DNA of 64,000 nucleotides, from contig JAUCBJ010002409.1 of the NCBI GenBank assembly GCA_032718475.1, forward strand, positions 15,613 to 79,612, in the 5' to 3' direction. Below the pieces are notes generated by a model that was given only the letters and a program-made list of their open reading frames with translations, was not told where the DNA came from and ran no database searches. This DNA comes from Nemertoderma westbladi. Lineage: Eukaryota > Animalia > Xenacoelomorpha. The translations under genes and the position numbers were made by a program. Below are positions 14,257 to 27,600 of the stretch, in pieces (the stretch's first letter is position 1; the number at the start of each line of letters is the position of its first letter).

Positions 14257-14264
14257 TATTTTAG

Positions 14265-14450
14265 ATTTCTTTAATAAATCTGCAAAAGGCAATTAAAGGT
14301 TTGGTTGTTATGGACGACAAACTGGAACTGATTTATGGTTGTTTCCTTAACAACCAAGTACCTGGCCAATGGGAGGACGTCGCCTATCCGTCATTGAAAC
14401 CGCTCGGTAGTTGGGTCAATGACCTTAGACTGCGAACACATTTTATTGAT
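14265..14450 (+). CDS. DNAH6: Dynein heavy chain exon
   Basis: ttttag| ... |gtgagt; [16 protein letters not shown]...LNNQVPGQW...[15 protein letters not shown]. Confidence 0.93.
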
Positions 14451-14779
14451 GTGAGTATTGGTTGAAATTATTATTATTGCTATTATATTATGGTGAGCGC
14501 ATATGGCTGCGTTGGACTGTTATGAGGTGATTGACGTCGTTGATGCGGTACCGGTAGCTTCTATACTAAATTAAGTATTTAACTTTCAGTTTTATGTTAT
14601 TATCAAGTTATTACCGATAGACTGCTGTCTACATGTCCAGACAGTGTACTGACGATTCCGACAAACATGTTCTTATGTTTGTTATCATGTTGCTTAGAAA
14701 CACTCGTGCAATAAATAAATATTTCCTCCCCAAAGTTATTTATCTATTCCTAATATTTATTCGGATTGTATTCTTGCAG

Positions 14780-15004
14780 CATTGGGTTCGCAATGGGGCC
14801 CCGAGGTCCTTCTGGCTGTCCGGTTTCTTCTTCCCTCAAGGGTTCCTTACCGGTACTCTTCAGAACTACGCCCGTTCCTATGACTACCCTATAGACCAAC
14901 TGAGTTTCATGTTCCGAGTTCTACCCCACTACAGAGACCAGAATGAGGTTGCTAAGCAACTATCAGAACTAAAGTTTGGCGAAGAAATGGAAATGGATAA
15001 AGAG
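14780..15004 (+). CDS. DNAH6: Dynein heavy chain exon
   Basis: ttgcag| ... |gttggt; [36 protein letters not shown]. Confidence 0.93.
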
Positions 15005-15473
15005 GTTGGTAGACGCCATCTAGCGTCAGTTTAGTGTAGGAAATAAATACTGGCACTATAATATTTCGCGCCGTAAAATATAACAATCACTTAAATATAA
15101 ACCAATACTAATTACTTATCTTGCCCATCTCAGAGTCCATGAACAGAATAAGTGGCCATGTATTAATTGCACACTTTTTATATATGTTTATTTTTACCAT
15201 AATTAATAATGTGCATTTTGTGACTTATTCGTGTATTTATTGTATGGTGTGCCCTACTGTCGGATAAAAAACTCCTAGATTAGTATTGAGTTACGTTATT
15301 TAACGTTGTATTTCAAGGCGACTTGAAAATAATGTTGTGTTTTATCTGTAAGATGGGTGGGTGCACTGGCTTCGTTTTAATTACTATAGGTAAGGCGAGC
15401 CTAGTGAGGGTTTAAAATAAATATAAGTAAATTGCCCAAAAAGACCGAGCGATACATTCCGATATCGTTTCAG

Positions 15474-15696
15474 ATTCCAAAGATTAAGGACGGAGTTTTA
15501 GTCCATGGTCTGTTTCTGGACGCGGCCCGATGGAATGACGTCACCAACCAGCTGAGTGACCCCCTGCCAGGCGAGATGAACCCAACCTTCCCGATGATGC
15601 ATATGGAACCCCAGATGAGTTTCCAGGTTCCAGAACGCGATTATATCTGTCCGTTGTATAAAACATCAGCACGAGCCGGGGTTCTATCTACTACCG
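15474..15696 (+). CDS. DNAH6: Dynein heavy chain penultimate coding exon
   Basis: tttcag| ... ACT ACC G|gtaagt; DGVLVHGLFLDAARW...YICPLYKTSARAGVLSTT. Confidence 0.93.
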
Positions 15697-18600
15697 GTAA
15701 GTTTATTTAACACGAGCCGGGGTTCTATCTACCGGTAAGTTTATTTAACACGAGCCGGGGTTCTATCTACCGGTAAGTTTATTTAACACGAGCCGGGGTT
15801 CTATCTACCGGTAAGTTTATTTAACACGAGCCGGGGTTCTATCTACTACCGGTAAGTTTATTTAACACGAGTCGGGGTTCTATCTACTACCGGTAAGTTT
15901 ATTTAACACGAGCCGGGGTTCTATCTACTACCGGTAAGTTTATTTAACACGAGCCGGGGTTCTATCTACCGGTAAGTTAATTTAACACGAGTCGGGGTTC
16001 TATCTACCGGTAAGTTTATTTAACACGAGTCGGGGTTCTATCTACTACCGGTAAGTTTATTTAACACGAGTCGGGGTTCTATCTACTACCGGTAAGTTTA
16101 TTTAACACGAGCCGGGGTTCTATCTACCGGTAAGTTTATTTAACACGAGCCGGGGTTCTATCTACCGGTAAGTTTATTTAACACGAGCCGGGGTTCTATC
16201 TACCGGTAAGTTTATTTAACACGAGCCGGGGTTCTATCTACCGGTAAGTTTATTTAACACGAGCCGGGGTTCTATCTACTACCGGTAAGTTTATTTAACA
16301 CGAGCCGGGGTTCTATCTACCGGTAAGTTTATTTAACACGAGCCGGGGTTCTATCTACCGGTAAGTTTATTTAACACGAGCCGGGGTTCTATCTACCGGT
16401 AAGTTTATTTAACACGAGCCGGGGTTCTATCTACCGGTAAGTTTATTTAACACGAGCCGGGGTTCTATCTACCGGTAAGTTTATTTAACACGAGCCGGGG
16501 TTCTATCTACTACCGGTAAGTTTATTTAACACGAGCCGGGGTTCTATCTACTACCGGTAAGTTTATTTAACACGAGTCGGGGTTCTATCTACCGGTAAGT
16601 TTATTTAACACGAGCCGGGGTTCTATCTACTACCGGTAAGTTTATTTAACACGAGCCGGGGTTCTATCTACTACCGGTAAGTTTATTTAACACGAGTCGG
16701 GGTTCTATCTACTACCGGTAAGTTTATTTAACACGAGTCGGGGTTCTATCTACTACCGGTAAGTTTATTTAACACGAGCCGGGGTTCTATCTACCGGTAA
16801 GTTTATTTAACACGAGCCGGGGTTCTATCTACCGGTAAGTTTATTTAACACGAGTCGGGGTTCTATCTACCGGTAAGTTTATTTAACACGAGCCGGGGTT
16901 CTATCTACTACCGGTAAGTTTATTTAACACGAGCCGGGGTTCTATCTACTACCGGTAAGTTTATTTAACACGAGTCGGGGTTCTATCTACTACCGGTAAG
17001 TTTATTTAACACGAGTCGGGGTTCTATCTACTACCGGTAAGTTTATTTAACACGAGTCGGGGTTCTATCTACTACCGGTAAGTTTATTTAACACGAGCCG
17101 GGGTTCTATCTACTACCGGTAAGTTTATTTAACACGAGTCGGGGTTCTATCTACTACCGGTAAGTTTATTTAACACGAGTCGGGGTTCTATCTACTACCG
17201 GTAAGTTTATTTAACACGAGTCGGGGTTCTATCTACTACCGGTAAGTTTATTTAACACGAGTCGGGGTTCTATCTACTACCGGTAAGTTTATTTAACACG
17301 AGCCGGGGTTCTATCTACTACCGGTAAGTTTATTTAACACGAGCCGGGGTTCTATCTACCGGTAAGTTTATTTAACACGAGTCGGGGTTCTATCTCTACC
17401 GGTAAGTTTATTTAACACGAGCCGGGGTTCTATCTACCGGTAAGTTTATTTAACACGAGCCGGGGTTCTATCTACTACCGGTAAGTTTATTTAACACGAG
17501 CCGGGGTTCTATCTACTACCGGTAAGTTTATTTAACACGAGTCGGGGTTCTATCTACCGGTAAGTTTATTTAACACGAGCCGGGGTTCTATCTACCGGTA
17601 AGTTTATTTAACACGAGCCGGGGTTCTATCTACTACCGGTAAGTTTATTTAACACGAGCCGGGGTTCTATCTACTACCGGTAAGTTTATTTAACACGAGT
17701 CGGGGTTCTATCTACTACCGGTAAGTTTATTTAACACGAGCCGGGGTTCTATCTACCGGTAAGTTTATTTAACACGAGCCGGGGTTCTATCTACTACCGG
17801 TAAGTTTATTTAACACGAGCCGGGGTTCTATCTACTACCGGTAAGTTTATTTAACACGAGCCGGGGTTCTATCTACTACCGGTAAGTTTATTTAACACGA
17901 GCCGGGGTTCTATCTACTACCGGTAAGTTTATTTAACACGAGCCGGGGTTCTATCTACTACCGGTAAGTTTATTTAACACGAGCCGGGGTTCTATCTACT
18001 ACCGGTAAGTTTATTTAACACGAGCCGGGGTTCTATCTACTACCGGTAAGTTTATTTAACACGAGTCGGGGTTCTATCTACTACCGGTAAGTTTATTTAA
18101 CACGAGCCGGGGTTCTATCTACTACCGGTAAGTTTATTTAACACGAGCCGGGGTTCTATCTACTACCGGTAAGTTTATTTAACACGAGCCGGGGTTCTAT
18201 CTACTACCGGTAAGTTTATTTAACACGAGCCGGGGTTCTATCTACCGGTAAGTTTATTTAACACGAGCCGGGGTTCTATCTACCGGTAAGTTTATTTAAC
18301 ACGAGTCGGGGTTCTATCTACCGGTAAGTTTATTTAACACGAGCCGGGGTTCTATCTACTACCGGTAAGTTTATTTAACACGAGCCGGGGTTCTATCTAC
18401 CGGTAAGTTTATTTAACACGAGCCGGGGTTCTATCTACCGGTAAGTTTATTTAACACGAGCCGGGGTTCTATCTACTACCGGTAAGTTTATTTAACACGA
18501 GCCGGGGTTCTATCTACTACCGGTAAGTTTATTTAACACGAGCCGGGGTTCTATCTACTACCGGTAAGTTTATTTAACACGAGTCGGGGTTCTATCTACC

Positions 18601-21600
18601 GGTAAGTTTATTTAACACGAGCCGGGGTTCTATCTACTACCGGTAAGTTTATTTAACACGAGCCGGGGTTCTATCTACCGGTAAGTTTATTTAACACGAG
18701 CCGGGGTTCTATCTACTACCGGTAAGTTTATTTAACACGAGTCGGGGTTCTATCTACCGGTAAGTTTATTTAACACGAGCCGGGGTTCTATCTACTACCG
18801 GTAAGTTTATTTAACACGAGCCGGGGTTCTATCTACTACCGGTAAGTTTATTTAACACGAGTCGGGGTTCTATCTACCGGTAAGTTTATTTAACACGAGC
18901 CGGGGTTCTATCTACCGGTAAGTTTATTTAACACGAGCCGGGGTTCTATCTACTACCGGTAAGTTTATTTAACACGAGCCGGGGTTCTATCTACCGGTAA
19001 GTTTATTTAACACGAGTCGGGGTTCTATCTACTACCGGTAAGTTTATTTAACACGAGCCGGGGTTCTATCTACTACCGGTAAGTTTATTTAACACGAGTC
19101 GGGGTTCTATCTACCGGTAAGTTTATTTAACACGAGCCGGGGTTCTATCTACCGGTAAGTTTATTTAACACGAGTCGGGGTTCTATCTACTACCGGTAAG
19201 TTTATTTAACACGAGCCGGGGTTCTATCTACTACCGGTAAGTTTATTTAACACGAGCCGGGGTTCTATCTACTACCGGTAAGTTTATTTAACACGAGCCG
19301 GGGTTCTATCTACTACCGGTAAGTTTATTTAACACGAGCCGGGGTTCTATCTACTACCGGTAAGTTTATTTAACACGAGTCGGGGTTCTATCTACTACCG
19401 GTAAGTTTATTTAACACGAGCCGGGGTTCTATCTACTACCGGTAAGTTTATTTAACACGAGTCGGGGTTCTATCTACCGGTAAGTTTATTTAACACGAGC
19501 CGGGGTTCTATCTACTACCGGTAAGTTTATTTAACACGAGCCGGGGTTCTATCTACTACCGGTAAGTTTATTTAACACGAGCCGGGGTTCTATCTACTAC
19601 CGGTAAGTTTATTTAACACGAGCCGGGGTTCTATCTACTACCGGTAAGTTTATTTAACACGAGCCGGGGTTCTATCTACTACCGGTAAGTTTATTTAACA
19701 CGAGCCGGGGTTCTATCTACTACCGGTAAGTTTATTTAACACGAGCCGGGGTTCTATCTACTACCGGTAAGTTTATTTAACACGAGTCGGGGTTCTATCT
19801 ACTACCGGTAAGTTTATTTAACACGAGCCGGGGTTCTATCTACTACCGGTAAGTTTATTTAACACGAGTCGGGGTTCTATCTACCGGTAAGTTTATTTAA
19901 CACGAGCCGGGGTTCTATCTACCGGTAAGTTTATTTAACACGAGCCGGGGTTCTATCTACCGGTAAGTTTATTTAACACGAGTCGGGGTTCTATCTACTA
20001 CCGGTAAGTTTATTTAACACGAGCCGGGGTTCTATCTACTACCGGTAAGTTTATTTAACACGAGCCGGGGTTCTATCTACTACCGGTAAGTTTATTTAAC
20101 ACGAGCCGGGGTTCTATCTACTACCGGTAAGTTTATTTAACACGAGCCGGGGTTCTATCTACTACCGGTAAGTTTATTTAACACGAGCCGGGGTTCTATC
20201 TACTACCGGTAAGTTTATTTAACACGAGCCGGGGTTCTATCTACTACCGGTAAGTTTATTTAACACGAGCCGGGGTTCTATCTACTACCGGTAAGTTTAT
20301 TTAACACGAGCCGGGGTTCTATCTACTACCGGTAAGTTTATTTAACACGAGCCGGGGTTCTATCTACTACCGGTAAGTTTATTTAACACGAGCCGGGGTT
20401 CTATCTACTACCGGTAAGTTTATTTAACACGAGCCGGGGTTCTATCTACTACCGGTAAGTTTATTTAACACGAGCCGGGGTTCTATCTACTACCGGTAAG
20501 TTTATTTAACACGAGCCGGGGTTCTATCTACTACCGGTAAGTTTATTTAACACGAGTCGGGGTTCTATCTACTACCGGTAAGTTTATTTAACACGAGCCG
20601 GGGTTCTATCTACTACCGGTAAGTTTATTTAACACGAGCCGGGGTTCTATCTACCGGTAAGTTTATTTAACACGAGCCGGGGTTCTATCTACCGGTAAGT
20701 TTATTTAACACGAGCCGGGGTTCTATCTACTACCGGTAAGTTTATTTAACACGAGCCGGGGTTCTATCTACTACCGGTAAGTTTATTTAACACGAGCCGG
20801 GGTTCTATCTACTACCGGTAAGTTTATTTAACACGAGCCGGGGTTCTATCTACCGGTAAGTTTATTTAACACGAGCCGGGGTTCTATCTACTACCGGTAA
20901 GTTTATTTAACACGAGCCGGGGTTCTATCTACTACCGGTAAGTTTATTTAACACGAGCCGGGGTTCTATCTACTACCGGTAAGTTTATTTAACACGAGCC
21001 GGGGTTCTATCTACTACCGGTAAGTTTATTTAACACGAGCCGGGGTTCTATCTCTACCGGTAAGTTTATTTAACACGAGCCGGGGTTCTATCTACTACCG
21101 GTAAGTTTATTTAACACGAGCCGGGGTTCTATCTACTACCGGTAAGTTTATTTAACACGAGCCGGGGTTCTATCTACTACCGGTAAGTTTATTTAACACG
21201 AGCCGGGGTTCTATCTACTACCGGTAAGTTTATTTAACACGAGCCGGGGTTCTATCTACTACCGGTAAGTTTATTTAACACGAGCCGGGGTTCTATCTAC
21301 TACCGGTAAGTTTATTTAACACGAGCCGGGGTTCTATCTACTACCGGTAAGTTTATTTAACACGAGCCGGGGTTCTATCTACTACCGGTAAGTTTATTTA
21401 ACACGAGCCGGGGTTCTATCTACTACCGGTAAGTTTATTTAACACGAGCCGGGGTTCTATCTACCGGTAAGTTTATTTAACACGAGCCGGGGTTCTATCT
21501 ACTACCGGTAAGTTTATTTAACACGAGCCGGGGTTCTATCTACTACCGGTAAGTTTATTTAACACGAGCCGGGGTTCTATCTACTACCGGTAAGTTTATT

Positions 21601-24600
21601 TAACACGAGCCGGGGTTCTATCTACCGGTAAGTTTATTTAACACGAGCCGGGGTTCTATCTACTACCGGTAAGTTTATTTAACACGAGCCGGGGTTCTAT
21701 CTACTACCGGTAAGTTTATTTAACACGAGCCGGGGTTCTATCTACTACCGGTAAGTTTATTTAACACGAGCCGGGGTTCTATCTACTACCGGTAAGTTTA
21801 TTTAACACGAGCCGGGGTTCTATCTACTACCGGTAAGTTTATTTAACACGAGCCGGGGTTCTATCTACTACCGGTAAGTTTATTTAACACGAGCCGGGGT
21901 TCTATCTACTACCGGTAAGTTTATTTAACACGAGCCGGGGTTCTATCTACTACCGGTAAGTTTATTTAACACGAGCCGGGGTTCTATCTACTACCGGTAA
22001 GTTTATTTAACACGAGCCGGGGTTCTATCTACTACCGGTAAGTTTATTTAACACGAGCCGGGGTTCTATCTACTACCGGTAAGTTTATTTAACACGAGCC
22101 GGGGTTCTATCTACTACCGGTAAGTTTATTTAACACGAGCCGGGGTTCTATCTACTACCGGTAAGTTTATTTAACACGAGCCGGGGTTCTATCTACTACC
22201 GGTAAGTTTATTTAACACGAGCCGGGGTTCTATCTACTACCGGTAAGTTTATTTAACACGAGCCGGGGTTCTATCTACTACCGGTAAGTTTATTTAACAC
22301 GAGCCGGGGTTCTATCTACTACCGGTAAGTTTATTTAACACGAGCCGGGGTTCTATCTACTACCGGTAAGTTTATTTAACACGAGCCGGGGTTCTATCTA
22401 CTACCGGTAAGTTTATTTAACACGAGCCGGGGTTCTATCTACTACCGGTAAGTTTATTTAACACGAGCCGGGGTTCTATCTACTACCGGTAAGTTTATTT
22501 AACACGAGCCGGGGTTCTATCTACTACCGGTAAGTTTATTTAACACGAGCCGGGGTTCTATCTACTACCGGTAAGTTTATTTAACACGAGCCGGGGTTCT
22601 ATCTACTACCGGTAAGTTTATTTAACACGAGCCGGGGTTCTATCTACTACCGGTAAGTTTATTTAACACGAGCCGGGGTTCTATCTACTACCGGTAAGTT
22701 TATTTAACACGAGCCGGGGTTCTATCTACTACCGGTAAGTTTATTTAACACGAGCCGGGGTTCTATCTACTACCGGTAAGTTTATTTAACACGAGCCGGG
22801 GTTCTATCTACTACCGGTAAGTTTATTTAACACGAGCCGGGGTTCTATCTACTACCGGTAAGTTTATTTAACACGAGCCGGGGTTCTATCTACTACCGGT
22901 AAGTTTATTTAACACGAGCCGGGGTTCTATCTACCGGTAAGTTTATTTAACACGAGCCGGGGTTCTATCTACCGGTAAGTTTATTTAACACGAGCCGGGG
23001 TTCTATCTACCGGTAAGTTTATTTAACACGAGCCGGGGTTCTATCTACTACCGGTAAGTTTATTTAACACGAGCCGGGGTTCTATCTACTACCGGTAAGT
23101 TTATTTAACACGAGCCGGGGTTCTATCTACTACCGGTAAGTTTATTTAACACGAGCCGGGGTTCTATCTACTACCGGTAAGTTTATTTAACACGAGCCGG
23201 GGTTCTATCTACTACCGGTAAGTTTATTTAACACGAGCCGGGGTTCTATCTACTACCGGTAAGTTTATTTAACACGAGCCGGGGTTCTATCTACTACCGG
23301 TAAGTTTATTTAACACGAGCCGGGGTTCTATCTACTACCGGTAAGTTTATTTAACACGAGCCGGGGTTCTATCTACTACCGGTAAGTTTATTTAACACGA
23401 GCCGGGGTTCTATCTACTACCGGTAAGTTTATTTAACACGAGCCGGGGTTCTATCTACTACCGGTAAGTTTATTTAACACGAGCCGGGGTTCTATCTACT
23501 ACCGGTAAGTTTATTTAACACGAGCCGGGGTTCTATCTACTACCGGTAAGTTTATTTAACACGAGCCGGGGTTCTATCTACTACCGGTAAGTTTATTTAA
23601 CACGAGCCGGGGTTCTATCTACTACCGGTAAGTTTATTTAACACGAGCCGGGGTTCTATCTACTACCGGTAAGTTTATTTAACACGAGCCGGGGTTCTAT
23701 CTACCGGTAAGTTTATTTAACACGAGCCGGGGTTCTATCTACCGGTAAGTTTATTTAACACGAGCCGGGGTTCTATCTACTACCGGTAAGTTTATTTAAC
23801 ACGAGCCGGGGTTCTATCTACCGGTAAGTTTATTTAACACGAGCCGGGGTTCTATCTACTACCGGTAAGTTTATTTAACACGAGCCGGGGTTCTATCTAC
23901 TACCGGTAAGTTTATTTAACACGAGCCGGGGTTCTATCTACTACCGGTAAGTTTATTTAACACGAGCCGGGGTTCTATCTACCGGTAAGTTTATTTAACA
24001 CGAGCCGGGGTTCTATCTACTACCGGTAAGTTTATTTAACACGAGCCGGGGTTCTATCTACTACCGGTAAGTTTATTTAACACGAGCCGGGGTTCTATCT
24101 ACTACCGGTAAGTTTATTTAACACGAGCCGGGGTTCTATCTACTACCGGTAAGTTTATTTAACACGAGCCGGGGTTCTATCTACTACCGGTAAGTTTATT
24201 TAACACGAGCCGGGGTTCTATCTACCGGTAAGTTTATTTAACACGAGCCGGGGTTCTATCTACTACCGGTAAGTTTATTTAACACGAGCCGGGGTTCTAT
24301 CTACTACCGGTAAGTTTATTTAACACGAGCCGGGGTTCTATCTACTACCGGTAAGTTTATTTAACACGAGCCGGGGTTCTATCTACCGGTAAGTTTATTT
24401 AACACGAGCCGGGGTTCTATCTACTACCGGTAAGTTTATTTAACACGAGCCGGGGTTCTATCTACCGGTAAGTTTATTTAACACGAGCCGGGGTTCTATC
24501 TACTACCGGTAAGTTTATTTAACACGAGCCGGGGTTCTATCTACTACCGGTAAGTTTATTTAACACGAGCCGGGGTTCTATCTACCGGTAAGTTTATTTA

Positions 24601-27600
24601 ACACGAGCCGGGGTTCTATCTACTACCGGTAAGTTTATTTAACACGAGCCGGGGTTCTATCTACTACCGGTAAGTTTATTTAACACGAGCCGGGGTTCTA
24701 TCTACTACCGGTAAGTTTATTTAACACGAGCCGGGGTTCTATCTACTACCGGTAAGTTTATTTAACACGAGCCGGGGTTCTATCTACTACCGGTAAGTTT
24801 ATTTAACACGAGCCGGGGTTCTATCTACCGGTAAGTTTATTTAACACGAGCCGGGGTTCTATCTACTACCGGTAAGTTTATTTAACACGAGCCGGGGTTC
24901 TATCTACTACCGGTAAGTTTATTTAACACGAGCCGGGGTTCTATCTACTACCGGTAAGTTTATTTAACACGAGCCGGGGTTCTATCTACTACCGGTAAGT
25001 TTATTTAACACGAGCCGGGGTTCTATCTACTACCGGTAAGTTTATTTAACACGAGCCGGGGTTCTATCTACCGGTAAGTTTATTTAACACGAGCCGGGGT
25101 TCTATCTACTACCGGTAAGTTTATTTAACACGAGCCGGGGTTCTATCTACTACCGGTAAGTTTATTTAACACGAGCCGGGGTTCTATCTACTACCGGTAA
25201 GTTTATTTAACACGAGCCGGGGTTCTATCTACCGGTAAGTTTATTTAACACGAGCCGGGGTTCTATCTACTACCGGTAAGTTTATTTAACACGAGCCGGG
25301 GTTCTATCTACCGGTAAGTTTATTTAACACGAGCCGGGGTTCTATCTACTACCGGTAAGTTTATTTAACACGAGTCGGGGTTCTATCTACCGGTAAGTTT
25401 ATTTAACACGAGCCGGGGTTCTATCTACTACCGGTAAGTTTATTTAACACGAGCCGGGGTTCTATCTACTACCGGTAAGTTTATTTAACACGAGCCGGGG
25501 TTCTATCTACCGGTAAGTTTATTTAACACGAGCCGGGGTTCTATCTACCGGTAAGTTTATTTAACACGAGCCGGGGTTCTATCTACTACCGGTAAGTTTA
25601 TTTAACACGAGCCGGGGTTCTATCTACCGGTAAGTTTATTTAACACGAGCCGGGGTTCTATCTACTACCGGTAAGTTTATTTAACACGAGCCGGGGTTCT
25701 ATCTACTACCGGTAAGTTTATTTAACACGAGCCGGGGTTCTATCTACTACCGGTAAGTTTATTTAACACGAGCCGGGGTTCTATCTACCGGTAAGTTTAT
25801 TTAACACGAGCCGGGGTTCTATCTACTACCGGTAAGTTTATTTAACACGAGCCGGGGTTCTATCTACTACCGGTAAGTTTATTTAACACGAGCCGGGGTT
25901 CTATCTACTACCGGTAAGTTTATTTAACACGAGCCGGGGTTCTATCTACTACCGGTAAGTTTATTTAACACGAGCCGGGGTTCTATCTACTACCGGTAAG
26001 TTTATTTAACACGAGCCGGGGTTCTATCTACTACCGGTAAGTTTATTTAACACGAGCCGGGGTTCTATCTACTACCGGTAAGTTTATTTAACACGAGTCG
26101 GGGTTCTATCTACCGGTAAGTTTATTTAACACGAGCCGGGGTTCTATCTACCGGTAAGTTTATTTAACACGAGCCGGGGTTCTATCTACCGGTAAGTTTA
26201 TTTAACACGAGCCGGGGTTCTATCTACTACCGGTAAGTTTATTTAACACGAGCCGGGGTTCTATCTACCGGTAAGTTTATTTAACACGAGCCGGGGTTCT
26301 ATCTACTACCGGTAAGTTTATTTAACACGAGCCGGGGTTCTATCTACTACCGGTAAGTTTATTTAACACGAGCCGGGGTTCTATCTACCGGTAAGTTTAT
26401 TTAACACGAGCCGGGGTTCTATCTACTACCGGTAAGTTTATTTAACACGAGCCGGGGTTCTATCTACTACCGGTAAGTTTATTTAACACGAGCCGGGGTT
26501 CTATCTACTACCGGTAAGTTTATTTAACACGAGCCGGGGTTCTATCTACCGGTAAGTTTATTTAACACGAGCCGGGGTTCTATCTACTACCGGTAAGTTT
26601 ATTTAACACGAGCCGGGGTTCTATCTACTACCGGTAAGTTTATTTAACACGAGCCGGGGTTCTATCTACTACCGGTAAGTTTATTTAACACGAGCCGGGG
26701 TTCTATCTACTACCGGTAAGTTTATTTAACACGAGCCGGGGTTCTATCTACTACCGGTAAGTTTATTTAACACGAGCCGGGGTTCTATCTACCGGTAAGT
26801 TTATTTAACACGAGCCGGGGTTCTATCTACTACCGGTAAGTTTATTTAACACGAGCCGGGGTTCTATCTACTACCGGTAAGTTTATTTAACACGAGCCGG
26901 GGTTCTATCTACTACCGGTAAGTTTATTTAACACGAGCCGGGGTTCTATCTACCGGTAAGTTTATTTAACACGAGCCGGGGTTCTATCTACTACCGGTAA
27001 GTTTATTTAACACGAGCCGGGGTTCTATCTACTACCGGTAAGTTTATTTAACACGAGCCGGGGTTCTATCTACTACCGGTAAGTTTATTTAACACGAGCC
27101 GGGGTTCTATCTACTACCGGTAAGTTTATTTAACACGAGCCGGGGTTCTATCTACTACCGGTAAGTTTATTTAACACGAGCCGGGGTTCTATCTACCGGT
27201 AAGTTTATTTAACACGAGCCGGGGTTCTATCTACTACCGGTAAGTTTATTTAACACGAGTCGGGGTTCTATCTACTACCGGTAAGTTTATTTAACACGAG
27301 CCGGGGTTCTATCTACTACCGGTAAGTTTATTTAACACGAGCCGGGGTTCTATCTACCGGTAAGTTTATTTAACACGAGCCGGGGTTCTATCTACTACCG
27401 GTAAGTTTATTTAACACGAGCCGGGGTTCTATCTACCGGTAAGTTTATTTAACACGAGCCGGGGTTCTATCTACTACCGGTAAGTTTATTTAACACGAGC
27501 CGGGGTTCTATCTACCGGTAAGTTTATTTAACACGAGCCGGGGTTCTATCTACTACCGGTAAGTTTATTTAACACGAGCCGGGGTTCTATCTACTACCGA

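Noticed and set aside
15432-15710. Dynein ending at ...STTGKFI*
   Set aside because: The conserved C-terminus is present in frame at 28745-28848
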